From: Strigamia acuminata
Taxonomy: Eukaryota
Reading direction: 5' to 3'
Assembly: GCA_949358305.1 (NCBI GenBank)
Contig: OX442314.1
Coordinates: 7,626,001 to 7,690,000 of the forward strand
Length of the DNA: 64,000 nt
Below, piece after piece: positions 55,869 through 64,000 of this stretch (positions are counted from its first letter, which is position 1; every line of letters starts with the position of its first letter). Below the pieces are notes generated by a model, which ran no database searches, had not been told where the DNA came from, and saw only the letters and a list, made by a program, of their open reading frames with translations. The position numbers were made by a program, and so were the translations under genes.

Positions 55869-58800
55869 TCAATTCCAACAAAACTTTGAGGCTTTTCCTC
55901 GTTGTTGGTATGGTTTTTTAAATACTGCAGTGATGTTTCGCACGAAATTTTCATCTGCATATTTAGGATTTGGTTTTCGTTCTCGTCGTGGACGAGTGCT
56001 AGTTCGTGGAACTATCGGTTGAGGTTTGCGGGGTTTTCGAGGCGGTTTCTTTGGAACTTCGCCTCTTTTTAACGCCGCTTTCTTTTCCATAGCAGTTAAG
56101 CGTTGTCTATGTCTATGTTTAGACTTTGTGGGCGCAGATTTGTCAATCTGCACTGAAGTTGAGTCGGATAATTCCATTGGAATTTCTGAGGAAGTTTCAG
56201 GAATTAATTCCATTTCTTCAGCATCCGGAAGTTGATTACTTTCGTCCATCCATTTAGGATTTTCTTGAGGCGAGTAAGAGGCGGACTTTTGTCCTACTTT
56301 CCAAGTCTCAACCGGGTATGAGGGCGTATAGGGATACAACGCTTTAATATTTACTGATTTTTCAATCGAACCATCCGATAATTTGCGTAATTTATACGCT
56401 CCGCCTGGAAGTACTTTAGTAATCTCCCACGGACCATCTCTCTTCTCTGCGAAACCAGCAGAAATATTTTTATCTGCGCACGAGAGAATGTGAGTTTGTT
56501 TCCAAACTAAATCTCCAACTTCAAACTCCGTAATTACGAACTTTTGTTCGTGTATTTTCCTGTGTCGTTCAAAATTCAATTGAATTCTGCGATGCATCTC
56601 TTGATGCGATCTGCGCAATACATCCAATAGTACTCTGACATATTTTTCTGGATTTTCTTTGTCAAATGAATTGGCATGTTTAATAATCCTTGGGTCGAAA
56701 GGTAATGTTACGATTCGTCCCGTGTTCAGTAACATCGGGCTTGAGCCCGTTGCCGCTGAGACATTATTTCTCATCGCGAACGCGAATTCGTCTAAATATC
56801 GTGGCCATTGCGTGTGCACATCTGTGTACACAGCCAGCATCGTCTTTATATCTCTATTGGCTCGCTCTGTCGGGTTCGCCTGGGCATGATACGTGCTCGT
56901 ATGAGACGGGCGAATGTTGTACATATCGCAATACTCATTGTAAATATCGGAAACAAATTGTTTTCCGTTATCGCTCACAATCTTTTTGGGGTGTCCCCAT
57001 CTGTTTGTAACAGATCTTAATTCTTGAACGCAGTTAGCGCTCGTGGCTTTTGTCAAAGCCTTAATTTCAACGAATTTGGTACAATTGTCAATAATGACAA
57101 AAATATATTGGTTTTGGGACCTTCCCGCGGGTTTTGGGCCCATCAAGTCCATACTAATGCATTCCCAAGGATTGGTGTTTTGGGCCCATCAAGTCCATAC
57201 TAATGCATTCCCAAGGATTGGTCATGTTGTGTGGTGTGTACGGAGCTGCGTGCCTTTTCTGTTGAATAGGTTTGTACTGAGCACAGTGCGTGCAGCTTTT
57301 GACGTAGTTCCTGACACTTCTACTCATACCAGGCCAGAAATATATTAAACGTGTTTTCTCCAACGTCTTACTCATCCCAGCGTGACCGCTTAGGGGGTGG
57401 CCATGACAAGCGAAGAGTACTCGTTTTACGAGTGAACTGGGTACAACGGCTTTAAAGCCATTTCCCGAATCGTTTAATTCCTCTTCGAACGAAGGGTTAA
57501 AATAGATGATCATTTGATCACCATCAACTTCTTTTTTGTCTAAACAATAGTTTTTGACTTTGTTTTTCCATTCTTTTATTTCAGATTGTGGTATCCCAAC
57601 AACCTTGTCATTTAATAAATATTCTCGAATGCGTTTGCATTCATTATCTAACAATTGAGCATCTATGATTTCTCTCCTTGTAGGAGGGACTTCTTTAAGT
57701 ACTTCAGTCAACGCACTGTACAAGGTTTCTTGTACTTCCTCCCCCTCCTTTTCTTCAGAACATTCTTTAGAATTTTCTGAAAAATAGGAACGCACACTAG
57801 CCAAATATTCGCGTTTCACTGGGGCACGATTTAGTGAAACAGAAGGATTTCCGTCCCACTCAGGCCAGTATTGTTTAATTTCGACAGGTTCCACATGATC
57901 TCGAAGAGGAATGTCTTCCTCTGTTAGTGGGGCTCTAGAAAGTGCATCTGCAACTTGATTAGCAGCACCTTTTCGAAAAACAATTTTAAAATTTCCACAT
58001 TGGATTCTTAAGGCCCATCGGCCAAATTTCCCAGATGGTTCAGGCGTTCGCATCAACCATTTCAGTGCTTCTGCATCTGACTCTAAAGTGAATGTACCAT
58101 ATTCGAGATATGGTTTAAATCGATCGATAGCCCACACGACTGCGAGACATTCGAGTTCCGGCGTTGTATAACGTTTCTCCGCTCCACGTAAAACTCTGCT
58201 TGCATAAGCTACAGGTCTGGGTACAGAAATATTTTTCTGCTTCTTTTCATCGAATATATTGACGTCTTGGCAAAGGACAGCTCCTAAGCCTTCATGTGAA
58301 GCGTCAGTCATGACAACAAATGGCAAAGTCATATCTGGTTTGTGTAGACAATTGTCGCCACAAAGTAGCTCTTTAATTTTATTAAAAGCTTCTGTCTGCT
58401 CATCTCCCCATTCAAATGGAGTTTTCTCATTCATCATACGTGTGTATGGTGCGGCAATAGTTCCGTGATTTGGAACAAACTTCCTGAAGAAGTTAGTCAT
58501 GCCGTGAAAGCGCTGAATGTCTTTAGCACACGTGGGGGTGGGAAATTTCATGATCGCCGATATTTTATCGGGATCACCGAAGAGACCTTCGGGTTTAATC
58601 CAGTGGCCCAAGAATTTTAATTCTGTGCGCCCAAAACGAGATTTCGCTTTATTTATTGTCATGTTGGCTTGGTTAAGCCTTTCCAAAACATCTCGAACAT
58701 GTTTGAGATGATCATCCCAATTATCTGAATACACAATTACATCATCCAAATAAACTAACGCGTAGTCTTGCAAAGCTGAGCCTAAAATGCCTTCCATCAG

Positions 58801-60114
58801 ACGTTGGAAAGTACAAGGCGCATTGCAAAGGCCGAACGGCATTCGCACAAATTGATAAGGGCCGTTTGGCGTATAGAACGCCGTTTTTGGACGATCTTCC
58901 TTACACATTTCGACTTGGTAGTAACCTTTAACAAGGTCAATAGACGTAAAATACTTTGCCGGACCCGTATTATGTAACAAAAGGTCAATACTTGGCATTT
59001 GTATTACTTCGACTTCAGTGATGGCATTTAGCCACCGGTAGTCAATGCACATCCTATACGAGCCGTCAGGCTTCGCAACAATGACGGGATGACTTATGAA
59101 GGGCCCTTTGGCCTTTTCAATGAGTCCATCCTGTTCCAATTCTGCAGCTAGTTTGGTCATAATGGCTCTCTTGGCCGGGTTATACATTCTATACTGCATT
59201 TTGGGCAATGAATGCCCTTCTTTGAACTTAATTCGATGTTGGGTCACGTTAGTGCACCCAACTTGATCACGAAATACATTCGGTATCGATTTAACCACTT
59301 CGCGAAGTGCTAGTCTTTGTTCTGGAGTGCAGTCGCTCTCCTCAACTAATTTTTTATCCCAAGTCAACACAGGAGTGTCTGTTAACTCAATTGAGTTGAG
59401 AGTGGACGACAGTCCTAAATAATCGAAAGTAATTCGATTTAACGGGGCGAGGGCAAAATTGGCTTCTTCCGACTCATACGGGGCGGACCAATTGGGTTTA
59501 TCTGCACAAGAGAACTCTTGTAAATGTGGATGCGGACTAATTTTCTGTCTGCGCATGAAATTGTGACCAAGTATCAAGCCACAAACTCGTTTTGCCAAAA
59601 CGATGAAATTCATTGGTGTAAGTTCATCAGCCCATTGCACGCACAAAGTTATTTGTCCGACAGGCTTGTGTGCTACGCCTACAGCGTTAACCAACATATT
59701 TCTGGGGGCCTCTTGCAAAAATTCTGGCAAAGCCTGAGTTTCAGACAAGAGTTGTTCCCCAATGTAACATTGAGATGCTCCTGTATCCATGAGCGCATTG
59801 TAGGTGAGCCCACCAATTGTGATCTTCATTCGAGGATCATCTTTATTATTACCTAAAGTAATATTGTGCAAATTATTACCACCTATGACTCGATTGAGTC
59901 GACGAAGTCTACAGAATTTCTTCGTGTAGCACTTGTGTGGAAACAATGTCAGATTTTTTAATTGTTCTGTCATTTCTTGCAGATTTTCCTCTACTCCGCC
60001 ACTATGACTAGTGGCTACTTCAAGACAAGTTGTGTCTATATCCATAAATAAAGATTCCGACGTAGCATTAGCCACTTCTGGGGGATGGAATAAACCTTCG
60101 TCCCCCGGATCTAG
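55869..60114 (-). pseudogene. pol: B2 pol (PR-RT-RH-IN), frameshifted by a 46-bp tandem duplication at 57131-57222
   Basis: LMDTGA, YLDD, TDAS, HHCC (CTHC); DDE core in the second ORF 55869-57152; DGPW motif. Confidence 0.92.
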
Positions 60115-60120
60115 TTTTTT
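60080..60120 (-). other. -1 frameshift signal of family B (A AAA AAC plus GGGGGA/TCCCCC stem)
   Basis: Heptamer at 60120-60114 just before TAG; the -1 frame is open into pol. Confidence 0.8.
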
Positions 60121-62339
60121 GAACTAGTCGCACTTGAATCTGTCGATTCGGGCTTGATCAAAGTTTTGACCATTTCTGCCAACGAGTTGGTCAGCGAAGT
60201 TTGTAACTTATTTTCAAAAGTATTTAATTTCGCATCAAGTTTAGCATCTAGTGTTGCATCCAACACTTCTTGAGTTATCCATCTGTTATTAGGACGTTTA
60301 GAAGTAGGATCCACAGTCGGGGAATCCGGCGTACTTCATTTTTGCAACTCTTCAGAGTTGAAATTTGCACGTGGTTTTAAATCTGGACATTCTCGACGCA
60401 TGTGTCCTGGTTTCTTACAGTGGTAACAAACTAATTGACCACGTCTGGTCTGATCCACTACTCCATTTATTAGATAAACGGCCTCGCATTCCTCAGGTAA
60501 CTCTTCATCACAAATATTAAGTTGTTCTTGTGAATCCAAAGTTAAAGATTTAACATTTGTCTTTGGCTGAGGACGAGTGTCAGTTTTCCGAGATGGGAAA
60601 ACAACTGGATTGGAAATATTTTCCCTTGCTCCATTAGCTGTACGACTGTACAAGCCTTTATTTTTAGTTATAACGGTATAAATCTCTGTCAGAGGTAAAT
60701 CCGCTATGCCTTGCGTATGCAAAAGCAAATCGTTAGCAGGAGTTACACTCCCAATAAAAAGACAACCAGCCCCTTTTGCATCAAGACTGTCTTGTAATAT
60801 CCATAACTGGTAATATTTGTGCATAAAGTCGTAAAGACTTTCTGTTTCCAGTTGTTTCAACTTGGTTAGTTGGTTCGTCCGCTCTTGTCGAGTGGCTACA
60901 AACCGTTCTTTGAACGCCTGTTCAAATACTTCCCAAGATATGAAATCTTCTCTCCTTTCATGAAACCAACCATGCGCTTGCTCGGTTAAATAACCGGCCA
61001 CGCCTTTAACAAGCATGTCATCGAGTGACATGTTTCGCAGAAAAGCGACATTTTTTACAATATTGAGAAAGCGTTCGCTTTCTTCTGCTTTTCCGGAGAA
61101 AACAGGGATATCTGGCGGTTTCAAACAGTTAGTTTGAGGGACAGAGGCGGAACTTTTTCCTGCCTGCATCAACTTGTGCATGGTTGTGGCAATTGACGCG
61201 AGGTCATCAGCCGTCATTCCAAAGCTACTGGGGGGGCGCGAATTGTCATTTGACGATCCGCCATTGTTTGGTTGACTCGAGTTATTTTGACTTGAGCCAC
61301 CACTATTAGGGTTGAAATTATTCGACCCTCCTTGATTCGGTCTACTGTGGTTACCAAAATTCGAATGGTTATTCGAATTACCTTGGTTCCCATAATTCGA
61401 ATGATTATTAGAATTATCTCGATTGTTAAAATTCGGGCGATTGTTCGAACTTTCTTGATTACCAAAATTCGGACGATTGTTCGAATTACCTGGCGTACCC
61501 CGATTCAAATAGTTATTTGAATTTCCTGGAGTTCCAGTAGAAGGATTATTTGGGTTATTCGAGTTCGGAGGAACTGGGTGACCCCTTTGCATATTAGGTG
61601 CTGGACTAGAATTGTTTGCAAATCTAGAATTTGGGTCAAAACGGCGGTTTGGACCTCTTGTCGCACCTGAATTTGGGTTCAAATTTCCAGCGAGATTCGG
61701 ACAACTATTTGATCCGTTTGGAAAACTTGGATTAGGGTTGGCCATATTAGGCGGACCCAAATTCGCTCTGTTGAACGTATTCTCAAAGTTCTCTGGATTT
61801 GTAAATCCTCTTTGTTGGTTGCGAGCGAAGTTATTCGCTCGTAATCGTTGCTGGAAAGCACGATTAAAATCTCCTGGTGTCAAATTCGACTGATCTTGAC
61901 GAGGAGGTTGTGCATTTTTATTTCTATATCTAGAAATAGGCGTCGAAGGAGTGGGACTAAAATTATTTAATCTTTGGCTGGCTGGGGAATTAGGTTGCTC
62001 CGACGTAGCACGATGTGCGTGCACAAAATCTAACACTTCGGTCAAAGATCTAAACTGGTTTGGGTTCAAACCGTGATCCTGACAAAATAATAGACCGCCT
62101 CGGCCTAAATGAGAACCTTCAGGAATGCATTCCTCTTCTCCAGGCGGAGTAGGTTCACGTGGAGCCCTATTCTCTCCAGATGGTCCGGCTGTTTCATTTG
62201 AAACGCCATTATGGACCGCGTGGTTTTCCACTTCTTCAGTTCCATTAGGAACAGGTATAAACCCGGATAGATTCATTCCACCGGTCAAACAAGTTCTTTC
62301 CTTACCACGGGTGTTCATGTGATGCTGGTTATTAGTCAT
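60111..62339 (-). CDS. gag: B2 Gag with Asn-rich low-complexity region and CCHC knuckle; one in-frame TGA at 60336-60338
   Basis: CYHCKKPGHMRREC; capsid motif LTEQAHGWF..LKQLETES; ORFs 60336-62339 and 60111-60314 share one frame. Confidence 0.88.
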
Positions 62340-63446
62340 AACTAAACTTAAAACTAAGAAAATTTCCTAAGTCTGAGAGATAACGATGAAGTTGCAAACG
62401 TTCAGGAGGATCGCAAACGAAGCAGTGGTCACACTAGTTCAAAGGGAAGTAAGGGTACTTCGATACACCTCTCTGATTGGTCAAGTATCAACGCTAGTCT
62501 CGCGAGAGTCCAATCTCGTCCGAGATTGGTGGAAATCATCAAGTTCGTGGAACCGTAATCTTGACGGATTCCAGTGTTACGACGTAGTCACCAAACAAAA
62601 TGGATACTTCTTAAAATATTTTAAAATATCACCGCATTTATTAATAAATGAATGATCACCTTTATGGAATTTTTTAAAGTTTTAAAACTCGTAATTTCAA
62701 AAGACGCGCCGATTCGTTTGAATCGACGGCTTTTCTGCACAACACGGGTTGCTAGGCAACACAACAGCGAGAATTCTTCTTCGCTAAAATTCGAGTGGTA
62801 TTCCATTCGTAAATTTCGATTTCAATGGCTTGAGATCACGATTTTTAACCAACAATTTAATGTAGATCAAGTCTGTAAAATAAGGTAAACCCACTTTGAA
62901 ATAAAATATAAATTTTAATTCCTTTGAAAAACGTCAATTTTCTTTCTAATTTATTTAGGCAAATAAATTTAGGTTTAACTTGAAGTCTCAAGCAAAATAC
63001 ATGTGAAAAACATTTCTAAAAATAAAACAACTGTTAAATTGATAGAATTCTTTAAGAATTCCATCAAAAGTCAACTTTTCAAAATTAGGCCCGACCGCGT
63101 GGTTTGGTCAGATCGTCGATGACAAAATGACGTTACCCGGGCGGAACCAACTTCAACAAGTTCGGGCAAGATTTTTCCGTTCTTGGGGTTAGGCCTTTAG
63201 GCCTGACCACGCGGTAGAAATTATTATTTTGTTAAAACAATCAATCTCTACTGCGGAGAAAACAGAATAAAGTGAGTGACACTTATTATCTTGCGAGAAG
63301 TTCTAAAACAGCATAAAATATATTAAACACATATAAATTTCAAACGAAATTTATTTTTTACACACAAAAATCACCATAAACGTTATACTACTCGAATTCA
63401 CCATAGACATACAAAACTTCAAATTTTATTTAAAATTTGGCAGCCT

Positions 63447-63464
63447 ATCTCGGTAGAACCTCCA
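63447..63464 (-). other. Primer-binding site, tRNA-Gln
   Basis: TGGAGGTTCTACCGAGAT, complementary to the tRNA-Gln 3' end ATCTCGGT(A/G)GAACCTCCA; 2 nt from the LTR. Confidence 0.82.
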
Positions 63465-63466
63465 CT

Positions 63467-64000
63467 TGTGACGATTCTACTTTCAGGGCTGATTTATTAG
63501 TCCAATTGAGATAGATAATTCGGTTTATACAAGACGTTGCTAAGTTTAGCAACAACCTAACCGAGATAAGCTACGGAAGTCTTTATAAACATGGCACGTG
63601 ATCGAATAGAAATAACTTACAGTTTTAGTGTGACATAACATATTTATTACTAAATATTAACGACAAATGATGGGTTCTTGACGCGTGTAAACGGGCGGCA
63701 TCAACTGGTTGAGGATCCGGGCGAAGCCAGAGGGGTACGGCTGACTTGCGGCATCGTCACAAATATCGCTACGGAGACGTATTTGGTCCGCAGCTCGAGT
63801 ATCTAATAATGCGAAGAGTCCTTCGCATAAGTAGGAATATTCAGCAGAATATTCCATGTTCCAAATGAATAAAAGTAAAGTAATTAGTGGAATACAACAA
63901 ATGCATTGTTGTATAAATATTAATTGGGCGGGGACCGTCACGACAATTGAGAGAACGTCGCGGGAGTTGTTGAGACTCCATCCGCCAGCATGCCTTACGA
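63467..64000 (-). repeat. B2 5' LTR (partial)
   Basis: Matches 50817-51350. Confidence 0.94.

Larger units (their letters stand above)
50817..64000 (-). mobile_element. Ty3/gypsy family B copy B2 (gag-pol-ORF3), 5' LTR truncated by the window edge; probably defective
   Basis: 3' LTR 50817-52562, PPT 52563-70, ORF3, pol, gag, PBS 63447-64, 5' LTR from 63467 with no differences noticed over the 534 bp available. Confidence 0.95.

Noticed and set aside
63447..63464. tRNA gene
   Set aside because: Only the 18-nt 3'-end match (the PBS); no cloverleaf.
1..64000. B1 and B2 as two ends of one giant inverted-repeat element
   Set aside because: They are separate copies in opposite orientation, each presenting a 3' LTR, with different flanks (TACT vs CCGT).

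Overview
Eukaryotic, probably arthropod (pickpocket-like gene, ~60-bp AT-rich introns), transposon-dense window built from nested insertions. (1) 2.9-9.4 kb, minus strand: a multi-exon DEG/ENaC (pickpocket-like) gene that apparently encodes two channel subunits fused in one reading frame; one exon is interrupted by a MITE. (2) Two families of large Ty3/gypsy LTR retrotransposons. Family A has ~1-kb LTRs and a tRNA-Pro-like PBS: an intact copy A1 at 15144-28636 (+) and copy A2 at 30608-45832 (-), whose integrase is split by a family-B solo LTR. Family B has ~1.75-kb LTRs and a tRNA-Gln PBS: the 3' end of B1 at 1-2819 (+), the solo LTR at 36516-38267 and near-complete B2 at 50817->64000 (-). Both families have gag/-1 frameshift/pol (PR-RT-RH-IN) plus a large third ORF in the env position. 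These ORF3s lack Env features (no signal peptide or TM), are unrelated between the families, and start directly at a CAG|ATG splice acceptor. Both families also carry conserved structured RNA motifs, several with compensatory changes. (3) An intron-containing DD35E Tc1-like transposon (29196-48166) hosting A2, several foldback/MITE elements, minisatellites, a LINE RT relic and a split family-C solo LTR. All comparisons were made by eye; no database searches were run.
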